Source of the DNA: Candidatus Omnitrophota bacterium
Lineage (GTDB): Bacteria > Omnitrophota > Gorgyraeia > JAGLLT01
Length of the DNA: 64,000 nt
Assembly: GCA_030632085.1 (NCBI GenBank)
Contig: DAOVJY010000001.1
Span: 207,402-271,401 of the forward strand
Direction of reading: 5' to 3'
Made by a program: the position numbers and the translations under genes. This document shows, in pieces, positions 47,720 to 58,176 of the stretch. Numbering within the stretch: the stretch's first letter is position 1; every line of letters begins with the position of its first letter. The notes below the pieces were generated by a model. That model did no database searches. It had not been told where the DNA came from and saw nothing but the letters and a program-made list of their open reading frames with translations.

Positions 47720-49546
47720 CTATTCTACAGTTACGCTTTTTGCCAAATTCCTGGGCCTATCAACATCGCGCCCCTTGGCAACAGCCATATAATACGCCAA
47801 CAATTGCAACGGTATGGTAGCTAATATACAACTCAAATCTTCATTAACTTTAGGAATATGTATCACGTAATCTGAATGTTTCTTTATAATATTATCTCTT
47901 TCGGTAGCTACACTGACTACAATGCCGCATCTGGCTTTAAGCTCTTGGATATTTGAAAGCATTTTTTCATAAGTTACAGATTTTGGTGCGATGCATACTG
48001 TCGGAAGCTTCTCATCCACCAAAGCTATAGGCCCGTGCTTCATTTCACCGGCACTACAGCCTTCGGCATGAATATATGAAATTTCTTTTAATTTTAATGC
48101 TCCTTCAAGGGCGGTCGGATAATTTATATTGCGGCCCAAATATAAAAAACTACTAGCCTGCTTATACTTTTCAGCGCAACTCTCAATATCCTTTTTATTA
48201 TTTAAAATCCTTGTGATAAGCTTTGGAAGTTCTTCAAATTCTTTAACTAGCTTATGCTCTGTATTGCGTCCTATAACGCCTCTTAAAAAAGCTAAGTGGA
48301 CGGCTAATAAGTAAAATATGGAAATCTGAGCCGTATAAGCTTTAGTTGAGGCAACCCCTATTTCCGGGCCGGCATGAGTATAAATAACACTATCAGATTC
48401 TCTGACCATAGAAGAACCTATTACATTACAAACAGTAATAACTTTGAGTTTATTATGGCGAGCTAACCTCAAGGCTGCTAACGTATCAGCTGTCTCACCT
48501 GATTGACTTACCGCAATAACTAACTCATTTTTTATTGATGGTGGTTTTCTATAGCGATATTCACTGGATAAGTCAACTTCAACCGGAATGCGAGCATGCT
48601 TCTCTATTAAATATTTACCAATTAAACCGGCATGCCATGCCGTACCGCAAGCTATAATAGTTATCTTCTTTATAGATTTAAAGTCATTTTTGTTAAGTTT
48701 CAGTTCATCAAAAAATATTCTTCTTTTATCATCAATTCGTCTTTTTATTATGTTCAAAATTACATCAGGCTGCTCTTCTATTTCCTTGAGCATAAAATGA
48801 GAATAACCGCCTTTTTCGGCCGCGTTAATATCCCAAGTTATTTTTTCAACTCTGCGATTAACGTTTTTGCCTTTAATATTTTTTATCTGAACTTTCTTCT
48901 CATTTAGGACAACCACATCGTAGTCATGAAGATATATAACTTTCCTGGTATGCGTCAATATAGCCGGTACATCACTAGCTACAAAGTTCTCTTCTTTTCC
49001 AATACCAACAATTAAGGGGCTGCCGCATTTAACAGCGACAACTTTGTGGGGTTCATCTTTAGTAATTACAGCAATCGCGTATGAACCTTTGAGTTTTTTT
49101 ATTGACGAAAGGACTGCTTTTTCGAGGTTACCCTTATAATACTTTTCAATAAGATGAGCAATGACTTCAGAATCGGTTTTACTTCTGAATTTATGGCCTT
49201 CTTTAATAAGTTTTTCTTTTAACTCAAGGTAATTTTCAATAATTCCATTATGAACTATGGCAATACTTTTACTGCAGTCTGTGTGAGGATGCGCGTTAGT
49301 TACTGAAGGTTCGCCGTGTGTCGCCCAACGTGTATGACCGATACCAACGGTTCCCGAATAGTGGCTGCGATTGACAGAGTTATCCAGCAACTCGACTTTG
49401 CCTTTACTTTTAGCAACTGTTAGGTTGCCTTTGTCCAACAAAGCAATGCCGGCCGAGTCATAACCCCTATACTCAAGACGGCGCAAACCATCTATAAGTA
49501 TAGGCACAACTTCTTTTTTTCCTACATAACCTACTATTCCGCACAT
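47720..49546 (-). CDS. glmS: Glutamine-fructose-6-phosphate transaminase
   Basis: True start MCGIVG at 49546; LEYRGYDSAG, GHTRWATHG, SQSGETADT, PRNLAKSVTVE. Confidence 0.97.
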   Translation of the reverse strand: MCGIVGYVGKKEVVPILIDGLRRLEYRGYDSAGIALLDKGNLTVAKSKGKVELLDNSVNRSHYSGTVGIGHTRWATHGEPSVTNAHPHTDCSKSIAIVHNGIIENYLELKEKLIKEGHKFRSKTDSEVIAHLIEKYYKGNLEKAVLSSIKKLKGSYAIAVITKDEPHKVVAVKCGSPLIVGIGKEENFVASDVPAILTHTRKVIYLHDYDVVVLNEKKVQIKNIKGKNVNRRVEKITWDINAAEKGGYSHFMLKEIEEQPDVILNIIKRRIDDKRRIFFDELKLNKNDFKSIKKITIIACGTAWHAGLIGKYLIEKHARIPVEVDLSSEYRYRKPPSIKNELVIAVSQSGETADTLAALRLARHNKLKVITVCNVIGSSMVRESDSVIYTHAGPEIGVASTKAYTAQISIFYLLAVHLAFLRGVIGRNTEHKLVKEFEELPKLITRILNNKKDIESCAEKYKQASSFLYLGRNINYPTALEGALKLKEISYIHAEGCSAGEMKHGPIALVDEKLPTVCIAPKSVTYEKMLSNIQELKARCGIVVSVATERDNIIKKHSDYVIHIPKVNEDLSCILATIPLQLLAYYMAVAKGRDVDRPRNLAKSVTVE

Positions 49547-49561
49547 GAGATTTACATAATT

Positions 49562-49639
49562 TGGCGTCCCCAAGGGGATTTGAACCCCTGCCGTCGGATC
49601 GAAAATCCGATGTCCTAGACCTGGCTAGACGATGGGGAC
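49562..49639 (-). tRNA. tRNA-Glu(TTC)
   Basis: TCGGA-TTTTCGA-TCCGA anticodon arm, GGTTCAAATCC, CCA end. Confidence 0.95.
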
Positions 49640-49658
49640 GGCCGGTTATTTTTTAAGA

Positions 49659-49734
49659 TGGTGAGCCGCCCAGGACTTGAACCTGGCACACCCGCCTTAA
49701 AAGGGCGGTGCTCTACCGGATGAGCTAGCGGCCC
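49659..49734 (-). tRNA. tRNA-Lys(TTT)
   Basis: CCGCC-CTTTTAA-GGCGG anticodon arm, GGTTCAAGTCC, CCA end. Confidence 0.95.
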
Positions 49735-50292
49735 CTAAATTTCTCTTATCTCGACTTGCTTTTTCTCAAGCAAATCATCAATCTCTTTGATATATTTATC
49801 GGTGAGCTTCTGTACATCTTCATGACGACCGAATTCCTCATCTTCAGAAATTTCAGCAGAGCTCTTTGATTTCTTTATTTTTTCATTCGCGTCTCGCCTG
49901 ACTGCACGAATAGAAACCCTGCCCTCTTCAGCCATGTTTCTAACAACCTTGATCAGACTTTCTCTTCGCTCTTGCGTCAATTGCGAGATATTTATCCTTA
50001 TTACTTTACCATCATTATTGGGGGTAAGGCCGATATCCGACTTAAATATTGCTTTTTCTATAGCTTCCATTGAAGCCGGATCCCAAGGCTGAATTATAAT
50101 AAGTCGGGCTTCAGGTATAGAAATATTAGCTAACTGTTTTAAAGGTGTCGGATTTCCATAATAATCCACCTTTAAGTTTTCCACTAATGATTTAGAAGCT
50201 CTACCTGTATGCACCGAAGAAAACTCAACTTGAGTTACTCCTACACTCTTCTTCATTTTAGCTTCTGTATCAATTACAATTGCACTAGCCAT
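49735..50292 (-). CDS. frr: Ribosome recycling factor
   Basis: TGRAS, VDYYG, GLTPNNDG, SIRAVRRDAN. Confidence 0.96.
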   Translation of the reverse strand: MASAIVIDTEAKMKKSVGVTQVEFSSVHTGRASKSLVENLKVDYYGNPTPLKQLANISIPEARLIIIQPWDPASMEAIEKAIFKSDIGLTPNNDGKVIRINISQLTQERRESLIKVVRNMAEEGRVSIRAVRRDANEKIKKSKSSAEISEDEEFGRHEDVQKLTDKYIKEIDDLLEKKQVEIREI

Positions 50293-50302
50293 TAATTAAC
50301 TC

Positions 50303-51028
50303 CTACTTAATAATTGTTCCTATTTTACTACCGGTTATAACTCGCTTAATATTACCCTTTTTAAGCAAATCAAAAACTATTATTTGTAATTTATTATCCA
50401 TGCAAAGACTAACCGCTGTTAAATCCATAACTTTAAGTTCTTTTTCAAAAAATTCCATATAAGTCAAAGATTTAATTTTTTTAGCTTTTTTATTCCTTAC
50501 GGGGTCGCTAGTATATACACCGTCAACTTTTGTGGCCTTTAATATTGCATCAGCCCCGATTTCAATTGCTCTTAAAGCAGCTGCCGTATCCGTTGTAAAA
50601 TACGGATTGCCTGTACCAGCTACAAAAATAACTACCCTATTTTTCTCAAGGTGCCGTATAGCTCTTCTTCTGATATAAGGCTCGGCTAGCTCTTTCATTT
50701 CAATGGCCGTCAGTACCCTGGTGGCTACACCAATTTTTTCCAAACTATCCTGAAGAGCCAAACCGTTTATAACTGTTGCTAACATCCCCATGTAATCGGC
50801 TGTTGAACGGTCTATTCCTTCTTTTTTTGAATTAGGTATACCTCTAAAAATGTTACCGGCACCTATCACAACAGCAATATCAACACCAAGATTGTTTACT
50901 TCTTTGATCTGTTTCGCGATAGATTTAATACTATCGGGATCTATACCATATCCTTTAGGCCCTTGCAGTGATTCACCGCTGAGCTTCAAAAGAACTCTCT
51001 TAAAAACAGATTTACTATTCTTTGCCAT
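50303..51028 (-). CDS. pyrH: UMP kinase
   Basis: [27 protein letters not shown]. Confidence 0.97.
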   Translation of the reverse strand: MAKNSKSVFKRVLLKLSGESLQGPKGYGIDPDSIKSIAKQIKEVNNLGVDIAVVIGAGNIFRGIPNSKKEGIDRSTADYMGMLATVINGLALQDSLEKIGVATRVLTAIEMKELAEPYIRRRAIRHLEKNRVVIFVAGTGNPYFTTDTAAALRAIEIGADAILKATKVDGVYTSDPVRNKKAKKIKSLTYMEFFEKELKVMDLTAVSLCMDNKLQIIVFDLLKKGNIKRVITGSKIGTIIK

Positions 51029-51032
51029 TATT

Positions 51033-51620
51033 TTAGCTTAGTTTTTCACCTAGTGAAAACCTAATAAATCTTTTGATAACTATATTTTCTCTTATTTTTC
51101 CTACAATTTGATTCAGGTAATCTTTAATTTTGATTTTATCATCCTTAACAAAAGGCTGCTCCAATAAACATGTTTCCTGAAAATATTTATCTATTTTACC
51201 GTCAATAATTTTCTCAAGCACATTATCAGGTTTATCTTTAATTTGAGACTTTATAATCTCTCTTTCTTCCTCAATAACTTTAGTTGGAACATCCTCTCTT
51301 TTTAAATAAAGTGGATTAGTGGCCGCTATCTGTATGGCCACATCTTTAGTAAACTGCTTAAAATCATCACAATTAGCTACAAAATCAGTCTCGCAGTTAA
51401 CTTCAACTAAAACACCTATTTTGGCATTCGAATGGATATAACCTTCAACGCGCCCTTCTTCAGCAACTCTGTCAGCTTTTTTACGAGCTGTCACAATGCC
51501 CTTTTTTCTTAAAATTTCAACTGCTTTTTCAATATTTCCCTGGGTTTCGCTTAAAGCAACCTTACATTCCATTATTCCAGCGCCAGTCATCTGCCGTAGT
51601 TGCTTAATCTTTTCTGTCAT
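51033..51620 (-). CDS. tsf: Elongation factor Ts (short form)
   Basis: [23 protein letters not shown]. Confidence 0.97.
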   Translation of the reverse strand: MTEKIKQLRQMTGAGIMECKVALSETQGNIEKAVEILRKKGIVTARKKADRVAEEGRVEGYIHSNAKIGVLVEVNCETDFVANCDDFKQFTKDVAIQIAATNPLYLKREDVPTKVIEEEREIIKSQIKDKPDNVLEKIIDGKIDKYFQETCLLEQPFVKDDKIKIKDYLNQIVGKIRENIVIKRFIRFSLGEKLS

Positions 51621-51622
51621 AA

Positions 51623-52495
51623 CTATTTCTTATCTCCTGCTGCTTCTTTTTTATTTTTAGATGTTACTTTTTTTGAATCGCTTTTTTTATCCTTTTTTTT
51701 GCTCTCCGGCTTCTTTAGACCTTTTTTATCGGTTTTAGAAACTTCTTGCTGATCTTCAGTTGCTTTCTTTTCTTCTTCATCTTTTAACCTGCGAATTTCT
51801 TCCTGCTCTAAGTATTCCTGTCTTCCTTCAATGATACCATCGGTTAATATAGAGCTAACTAATTTAATAGATCTAATCGCGTCATCGTTTCCGGGAACGG
51901 GAAAGTCAATTCCATCAGGATCACAGTTAGTATCAATTAGAGCTACAACAGGTATATTAAGCTTTCTGGCTTCTTTAATAGCTAAACTTTCTCTTTTGGG
52001 ATCAACTACAAAAACAGCTCCCGGTAATTTGCTCATTTTTAAAATACCGCATAAATTCTTTGTGAGTTTTTCAAGTTCTTGATTTAATGAAGCAATTTCT
52101 TTTTTAGTCAATTTATCAAAAACACCATCTTCTTTCATCCCTCTAATTTCATAGAGACGTTTTATACTTTTTTTGATGGTCTCAAAATTAGTTAACATAC
52201 CGCCCAACCAACGATTATTGACGTAAAACATTCCGCACCGCTGAGCTTCCTGATGGACTATATTCTGAGCCTGCTTTTTAGTACCTACAAACAAAACATA
52301 ATCACCCGCTGAGGCCACATCCTTCAGAAAATTTTTTGCCGCATTTAAGAGATTAGTGGTTAATTTTAAATTAATTATGTAAATTCCGTTACGTTCACCG
52401 TATATGAATTTCGCCATTTTGGGGTTCCAACGCTTAGTTTGATGCCCAAAATGTAAACCTGCTTCTAAAAATTGTTTTATTAGTTCTGTCGCCAC
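51623..52495 (-). CDS. rpsB: 30S ribosomal protein S2 with Lys/Glu-rich tail
   Basis: [34 protein letters not shown]; GTG start with AGGAGG RBS. Confidence 0.97.
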   Translation of the reverse strand: MATELIKQFLEAGLHFGHQTKRWNPKMAKFIYGERNGIYIINLKLTTNLLNAAKNFLKDVASAGDYVLFVGTKKQAQNIVHQEAQRCGMFYVNNRWLGGMLTNFETIKKSIKRLYEIRGMKEDGVFDKLTKKEIASLNQELEKLTKNLCGILKMSKLPGAVFVVDPKRESLAIKEARKLNIPVVALIDTNCDPDGIDFPVPGNDDAIRSIKLVSSILTDGIIEGRQEYLEQEEIRRLKDEEEKKATEDQQEVSKTDKKGLKKPESKKKDKKSDSKKVTSKNKKEAAGDKK

Positions 52496-52544
52496 TACAC
52501 GCGTTCCTCCTTGTGTTTAAATACATAAAATACAATAGAAAATA

Positions 52545-52572
52545 ATTATAACATAATTTTATCCCAATGCAA
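52545..52572 (-). promoter_or_regulatory. Sigma70 promoter of rpsB-tsf-pyrH-frr
   Basis: TTGCAT-N16-TATAAT with TGn extension. Confidence 0.7.
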
Positions 52573-52580
52573 GCTTTTTT

Positions 52581-54419
52581 TCAACTATCAATAAACTGTA
52601 AATCATGGAGCCTCTTATAATAACTTGCGTTCTTCATAAGCTCTTCATGGGTACCAACTTCGGTTATTTTTCCCTCATCCAACACTATAATTTTATCAGC
52701 ATGTTTAATCGTGGATAACCTGTGAGCAATAATAAATACTGTTCTGCCTTCAATCAGGTGATCAAGAGCCTCCTGTACCAATCTTTCGCTCTCACTGTCC
52801 AACTGCGAGGTAGCTTCATCTAGAATAAGTATGGGTGGGTTCTTTAAGATAGCTCTAGCCATGGCCAAACGCTGTTTTTCGCCTCCGGATAATTTAAAAC
52901 CCCTATCTCCGATTATAGTGTTATATTTATTGGGCAACTTATTAATAAAAACATGAGCATTAGCAATCCTTGCCGCCTTCTCTATATCTTGTATTTTGGC
53001 CCGACAGCTGCCATAACAGATATTGGCCTTTACTGTATCATTAAAGAGTATAGTCTCCTGGGTAACCACGGCAATACCTTTTCTAAGTGAGGCTACACTT
53101 AAATTTTTCACGTTGTTATTATCAATTTCAAGTGAACCCTTGCTGACATCATAAAAACGAGGAATTAAATTAACAAGAGTAGTTTTACCAACGCCACTTT
53201 TACCAACAATAGCAACTACATCCCCCTTTTTAATTTCTAAATTAATATCTTTAAGTATTTCGTTGTTATGGTATTTGAAACTAACATTGGAAAAAACAAT
53301 TTTATTCTTAAATGAAGCTAATTCTTTAGCCTGAGGCGCATCCTGAATATTCGGTTCAGATTCCAGTATTTCATATATTCTCGTTGAAGCAGCTAAAGCC
53401 TGCTGATTAATTCCATGAACCTTACTTAACTTCTTAAAAGGAGCTATCATTTGCAATAATAATCCCACAAACGCCGTAAAAGCACCCGGATCAAGCTCGC
53501 CGGATATCATCAACTTGCCGCCAAAGTAAATAACACTCACACCGGCCAATATCGCCACATACTCAGAGATAGGGCTTATGCAAACTAGTCTTTTAACAGA
53601 CTTAAGCATTATTTTATAGAAATCTTCATTTACTTCATTAAATCTCTTTTCTTCATACGAAGCCATATCAAAGGCCTTCACGATTCTAATACCTGAGAAG
53701 GTTTCGTAAAGAATAGAATTCATGTCAGCCATTTTATTCTGAGCATCAGTACTTATTGATCTGAGCTTCTTACCTATTCTAGTAACCGGATACACTATGG
53801 CCGGCATAATTACCAACATCATAAATATTAATGTCCAAGGAATAGCAAAAGCTATAATTAAAGTTACGGTTAAGACTATTAAAACTAAAAGTTCTATGCT
53901 GGAATATATTAAATCCCTTAATCCTTCCGCAACCGCGTTTTGGACTACCCCCGCGTCATAGGTTATCTTTGAAACTAATTGACCCGCTCTGTTTTCACTG
54001 TAGAAATTCAAAGATAAGCTTAATAATTTTTTATAAAGTTTATTTTTGATGTCTTTAACAACTTTAAGGCTCAATTTACTTAAGATGAAGCTATGCAAAA
54101 TAGTAAAAATCTCTTTGAAAAAGTAGGCCGCCGCTATACCGACAACCAACCATCCCAGGAGAGTTGATCTGTCAATAGAATTTACATAATCAATCATCTG
54201 CCTTATGTTCTCATCTAAAAATAGAGGTAAATGTATATTATTTGGAATATTTATTTTATTTCCGGCAATGAGAATGGTAATGAAAGGTATAATCGCTCCC
54301 ACTGAGGCCACTTTTTCGATTAACTGCGTTAAAAGCATGAAAAAAACCGAAATCGCGAAAAGGACCCTGTGCGGCTTTATAAAGTAAAGTAATTTTTTAT
54401 AATCTTCAAATTTTTTCAT
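52581..54419 (-). CDS. msbA: Lipid A export ABC transporter (MsbA-like)
   Basis: TMD plus NBD; GKSGVGKT, LSGGEKQR, LDEATS, IAHRLST; next to lipid A genes. Confidence 0.8.
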   Translation of the reverse strand: MKKFEDYKKLLYFIKPHRVLFAISVFFMLLTQLIEKVASVGAIIPFITILIAGNKINIPNNIHLPLFLDENIRQMIDYVNSIDRSTLLGWLVVGIAAAYFFKEIFTILHSFILSKLSLKVVKDIKNKLYKKLLSLSLNFYSENRAGQLVSKITYDAGVVQNAVAEGLRDLIYSSIELLVLIVLTVTLIIAFAIPWTLIFMMLVIMPAIVYPVTRIGKKLRSISTDAQNKMADMNSILYETFSGIRIVKAFDMASYEEKRFNEVNEDFYKIMLKSVKRLVCISPISEYVAILAGVSVIYFGGKLMISGELDPGAFTAFVGLLLQMIAPFKKLSKVHGINQQALAASTRIYEILESEPNIQDAPQAKELASFKNKIVFSNVSFKYHNNEILKDINLEIKKGDVVAIVGKSGVGKTTLVNLIPRFYDVSKGSLEIDNNNVKNLSVASLRKGIAVVTQETILFNDTVKANICYGSCRAKIQDIEKAARIANAHVFINKLPNKYNTIIGDRGFKLSGGEKQRLAMARAILKNPPILILDEATSQLDSESERLVQEALDHLIEGRTVFIIAHRLSTIKHADKIIVLDEGKITEVGTHEELMKNASYYKRLHDLQFIDS

Positions 54420-54428
54420 ATTTGGGTT

Positions 54429-54457
54429 ATTTTATCACAAGGTAATTTTATTGTCGA
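54429..54457 (-). promoter_or_regulatory. Candidate promoter of msbA (near-leaderless)
   Basis: TCGACA-N17-TAAAAT with TGn; ATG 9 nt downstream of -10. Confidence 0.5.
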
Positions 54458-54499
54458 GTTAAATTTTATTATGTAAGTCTTTGCGAGTTAGTTATTTAC

Positions 54500-54528
54500 T
54501 TGCTCAGATGCCTATAAAATGCTATAAT
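54500..54528 (+). promoter_or_regulatory. Sigma70 promoter of oxidoreductase-lpxB
   Basis: TTGCTC-N17-TATAAT with TGn. Confidence 0.6.
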
Positions 54529-54549
54529 TCCTTAATTGGAGCAAAAACT

Positions 54550-55464
54550 ATGAAAATGATAAATGTAGCTGTAATTGGAGTTGGACATTTAGGCCAATAC
54601 CACACAAAGGTCTATAAATCCTTTAAAGACGTGGAATTAGTCGGAGTATGCGATATTAACATAAAACGGGCTGATGAGATCGCGGCCAGTTATAAAACAA
54701 ACGCTTATTATGATTACAAGACCCTCCTGCGCAAAATTAACGCGGCCAGCATCGCTGTTCCCACAAAACAGCACTATAAAATAGCCAAAGCTCTAATTCA
54801 AGCCGGAGTTCATATCCTAATCGAAAAACCTATTACCGAAAATCTTAAACAAGCCGAGGAATTAATTCGTTTAGCTAAAAAACATAGAGTCTTGTTGCAA
54901 GTTGGCCATATAGAACGCTTTAATTCCGCTGTCAGAGCCCTAAAAAAAATTATATATCGTCCTCAATTCATAGAATGCCACCGATTGGGAGCATTTCAAC
55001 CTAGGGGTATTGATGTTGGCGTTGTCTTAGATTTAATGATTCACGACATTGATATAATACTACACTTGGTAAAATCTGATATAAAGAAATGCGAAGCTAT
55101 AGGCGTTAAAGTGCTTTCGAACCATGAAGATATAGCCAATGTTCGCCTTGTCTTTAAAAATGGAGCTGTCTGCAATATAACTGCCAGCCGCATATCTCAG
55201 GAAACAGTTCGAAAAATCAGAATATTCCAGAAAGATACCTACATCTCACTGGACTATGTAAACCAAGAAGCCAATATCTATCAGAAAAAAAAGAATTCAA
55301 TTCACAAACAAAGCATTAATATTGAGAAACAAGATCCCTTAAATGAGGAATTAAAATCATTTATAACATGTGTACGATCAAACAAAAGACCTCTGGTTTC
55401 CGGAGAAGAAGCTACCGCGGCTCTTAAGGTGGCTTTAGATATTGTAAAAAAAATTCACAAATAA
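54550..55464 (+). CDS. Gfo/Idh/MocA oxidoreductase, GnnA-like (UDP-GlcNAc 3-dehydrogenase candidate)
   Basis: GVGHLG, IEKPI, VGHIERFN, DLMIHDID, TASRIS; coupled to lpxB; start ATG at 54550. Confidence 0.8.
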   Translation: MKMINVAVIGVGHLGQYHTKVYKSFKDVELVGVCDINIKRADEIAASYKTNAYYDYKTLLRKINAASIAVPTKQHYKIAKALIQAGVHILIEKPITENLKQAEELIRLAKKHRVLLQVGHIERFNSAVRALKKIIYRPQFIECHRLGAFQPRGIDVGVVLDLMIHDIDIILHLVKSDIKKCEAIGVKVLSNHEDIANVRLVFKNGAVCNITASRISQETVRKIRIFQKDTYISLDYVNQEANIYQKKKNSIHKQSINIEKQDPLNEELKSFITCVRSNKRPLVSGEEATAALKVALDIVKKIHK

Positions 55465-55465
55465 A

Positions 55466-56611
55466 ATGACTAAAAAATTATTTTTTATAGCTGGTGAATC
55501 TTCTGGTGACCTCCACGGAGCTCACTTGATTAACAATTTACTGGCGATAGACCCCACTATTGAAACTTGTGGTATCGGCGGACCTCAAATGAAAAAAGCA
55601 GGTGCTGAAATATTTGAGGACTTAACCGATGTAGCCGTCATAGGTTTTGCTGAAATTATAAAAAACCTTAAACGCTTTAAGGCCGCCTTCAACCTTGCCC
55701 TTAATAAAATTGAACAAATCAAACCTGACGCGGTAATCTTAATTGATTATCCGGGTTTCAATCTTAAAATAGCAGCCGAAATAAAAAAAAGAAACATTCC
55801 TGTAATATATTATATCAGTCCTCAGGTTTGGGCCTGGGGCAAAAGAAGAATTCAACTTATTAAAAAAATAGTCGACGTTATAATCGTGGTTTTTAAATTT
55901 GAAGAAACTCTCTATAAAGAAAACGGCATGAATGTCTCTTTTAATGGTCATCCCTTAATAGACATAGTTAAAGCTAATGACTATAATGAGAGTATTTTTC
56001 AAAATTACAACATAGATAAATCAAAAAAAATAATTTCTCTCCTGCCTGGGTCAAGAATTAATGAAGTAAATCGCATTTTACCTGTTATGCTTAAAAGCGT
56101 TTCCATAATACATAATAAAAATAATAATACTCAATTTCTAATTATAAAGTCGCCGAATTTAAGTTCTCAAATTTATGAAAAGATTATGAATATAAAAAAT
56201 TTACCGGTGAGATTAATTGAATCTGATACTTACAACCTCTTAAGTATTTCTGACTTTGCGATGGTTTGTTCTGGAACAGCAACCCTTGAGACAGCTATCT
56301 TGCAAATACCTATGTTAATTATATATAAAATCAGTTTTTTAAGTTGGTTACTTATAAAGAATTTGATAAATATACCTCACATCGGCCTGGTAAATATTGT
56401 AGCCGGTAAAAGAATTGTACCTGAATTTTTGCAGTATGAGGCTAGTGCTGAAAAGATTGCTGCTTATGTACTAAACATACTAAACGACAGTAAAAAAATT
56501 AACGAAATTAAATCTGATTTAAAACTAGTAAAGACTGCTTTAGGTGCTCCCGGTGCCAGCCAAAGAACAGCGGAGTATATTTTAACTTTTTTATCAAACA
56601 CTAAAAGCTAG
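55466..56611 (+). CDS. lpxB: Lipid-A-disaccharide synthase
   Basis: AGESSGDLHG, IDYPGFN, SPQVWAW, LLPGSR, SGTATLE. Confidence 0.96.
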   Translation: MTKKLFFIAGESSGDLHGAHLINNLLAIDPTIETCGIGGPQMKKAGAEIFEDLTDVAVIGFAEIIKNLKRFKAAFNLALNKIEQIKPDAVILIDYPGFNLKIAAEIKKRNIPVIYYISPQVWAWGKRRIQLIKKIVDVIIVVFKFEETLYKENGMNVSFNGHPLIDIVKANDYNESIFQNYNIDKSKKIISLLPGSRINEVNRILPVMLKSVSIIHNKNNNTQFLIIKSPNLSSQIYEKIMNIKNLPVRLIESDTYNLLSISDFAMVCSGTATLETAILQIPMLIIYKISFLSWLLIKNLINIPHIGLVNIVAGKRIVPEFLQYEASAEKIAAYVLNILNDSKKINEIKSDLKLVKTALGAPGASQRTAEYILTFLSNTKS

Positions 56612-57403
56612 TATAGTAATTCCTATTTTATTGGCTTTATTTATTAATTCTTCTCTATCAATTAAAAGCGTCTTTTGAGCTTCAACTGCAATAACTTTGA
56701 TCTTGCACTTTTTAAGAGTTTTAAGTGTTTTTAAACCTATAACGGGAATATCAAAGCGCATATCATGATTGGGTTTTGAAACCTTTACAACGACCGCTTG
56801 AGAACCACCTAATTTAGCTGCTCTTTTTATAGCTGCGTCCGTACCTTCAATTGATTCAACGGCTAATATGGCTTTGTTCTTGACGACAATAGTCTGGCCT
56901 ATAGCAAGGCGGGCAATTTCTTTAGCAATTTTTTTTGCAAATTCAATATCAGCCAACTCATCATTAGTCGGTTTCCTTTTAGTTAATAGCCCTTCAGGAG
57001 CTAAAAAATCTTTTAGTAAAAAAGATGAGTCCAGTAACTTTATATTCCTTTTATCAAGTTCAGTCGCTAAAGCATCCAATAAAGAATCGCCTCTTTTGTC
57101 CTTAACCCTTTTTAATATACCTTTGAGAATTTTATCTTTCTTCAACCACGGCTTAAATAAATTGACTGCTCTTATTTGACCAGCCATTATTGCTTGGGTT
57201 ATATTTTCACTCTTTAAAATATAAAAAAGCTTGCCAAGCTCTCCAATTCGTATCCAGTGAATTTTAGTTACATATTTACTAAGCTCCTTTGAAGTCTCAC
57301 CTAAAAAAGCAACAGCAACAATCTCTATACCCTGCTTTTTGGCAGAAATAGTCGCCATAATCGGAAAATTTCCATTACCCGCTATAAGCCCTAAGCGCTT
57401 CAT
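56594..57403 (-). CDS. lpxI: UDP-2,3-diacylglucosamine pyrophosphatase LpxI
   Basis: GLIAGNG, IGQT, AVESIEGTD, DMRFDIPVIG. Confidence 0.93.
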   Translation of the reverse strand: MKRLGLIAGNGNFPIMATISAKKQGIEIVAVAFLGETSKELSKYVTKIHWIRIGELGKLFYILKSENITQAIMAGQIRAVNLFKPWLKKDKILKGILKRVKDKRGDSLLDALATELDKRNIKLLDSSFLLKDFLAPEGLLTKRKPTNDELADIEFAKKIAKEIARLAIGQTIVVKNKAILAVESIEGTDAAIKRAAKLGGSQAVVVKVSKPNHDMRFDIPVIGLKTLKTLKKCKIKVIAVEAQKTLLIDREELINKANKIGITILAFSV

Positions 57404-58173
57404 TAACTACAGAATCCTCTTTTTGATTTTTTTATAAAATTAAGCAAATGGGTTATCTGAGGAGATTTTTTTATTTCTTTTCGGATGAGATCTAACGCGT
57501 GGGATGTTGTTATTTGAGATTTTGTTAAAATTTTAAAGGCTTTCTTTAAATCATTTCTAATATCAGAGGGGATATTCCCTCTTCTTAGTCCAATTACATT
57601 AAGACCTTTTGTTTTTGCGGGATGTCCGTCAACTAATGAGTATGGTAAGACGTCTTGCACTATTTTTGAGCAACCGCCAACCATGGCAAAAGTGCCCATA
57701 CTCGTAAATTGATGTATGGCCGATAAACCACCAATAACAACCCTGTCTTCTATTTCAACAAAACCGGCCAAAGTTCCACAGTTGGCAATTATGATATTAT
57801 TACCTAGATTACAATCATGTGCTACATGACAATAAGCCATTAAGAGATTGTTGTTCCCGATAACAGTCTTATGATCTTCTTCCGTGGCAGAATTAATGGT
57901 TACATATTCTCTGAAAGTATTACTATCTCCTATTTCGAGATATGTAACTTTATTTTTGTACTTTAAATCTTGGGGGGCTGACCCAATGATACCACCGGTG
58001 TGAAAACTACAATTTTTACCTATGGTTGTATAGCCCGTAATAAAACAATGAGCTCCGATAACACTATTATCCCCTATCTTAACGTGTTCTTCTATAATGC
58101 TATAGGGTCCTACTTTTACCCCTTTACCTAACTCAACTTTCGAATGAACTAATGCTGTTGGATGAATATTCAT
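57403..58173 (-). CDS. lpxA: Acyl-ACP-UDP-GlcNAc acyltransferase
   Basis: IHPTA, hexapeptide repeats, PQDLKY, HVAHDC, HQF, GLRR. Confidence 0.96.
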   Translation of the reverse strand: MNIHPTALVHSKVELGKGVKVGPYSIIEEHVKIGDNSVIGAHCFITGYTTIGKNCSFHTGGIIGSAPQDLKYKNKVTYLEIGDSNTFREYVTINSATEEDHKTVIGNNNLLMAYCHVAHDCNLGNNIIIANCGTLAGFVEIEDRVVIGGLSAIHQFTSMGTFAMVGGCSKIVQDVLPYSLVDGHPAKTKGLNVIGLRRGNIPSDIRNDLKKAFKILTKSQITTSHALDLIRKEIKKSPQITHLLNFIKKSKRGFCS

Positions 58174-58176
58174 TTT

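Noticed and set aside
49547-49573. ORF-track start of glmS and a possible glmS ribozyme
   Set aside because: The extension overlaps tRNA-Glu; GlmS needs an N-terminal Cys (MCG); there is no room for a ribozyme
47139-49734. tRNA-anchored prophage or genomic island
   Set aside because: No integrase or duplicated tRNA 3' end was seen; flanks are housekeeping genes
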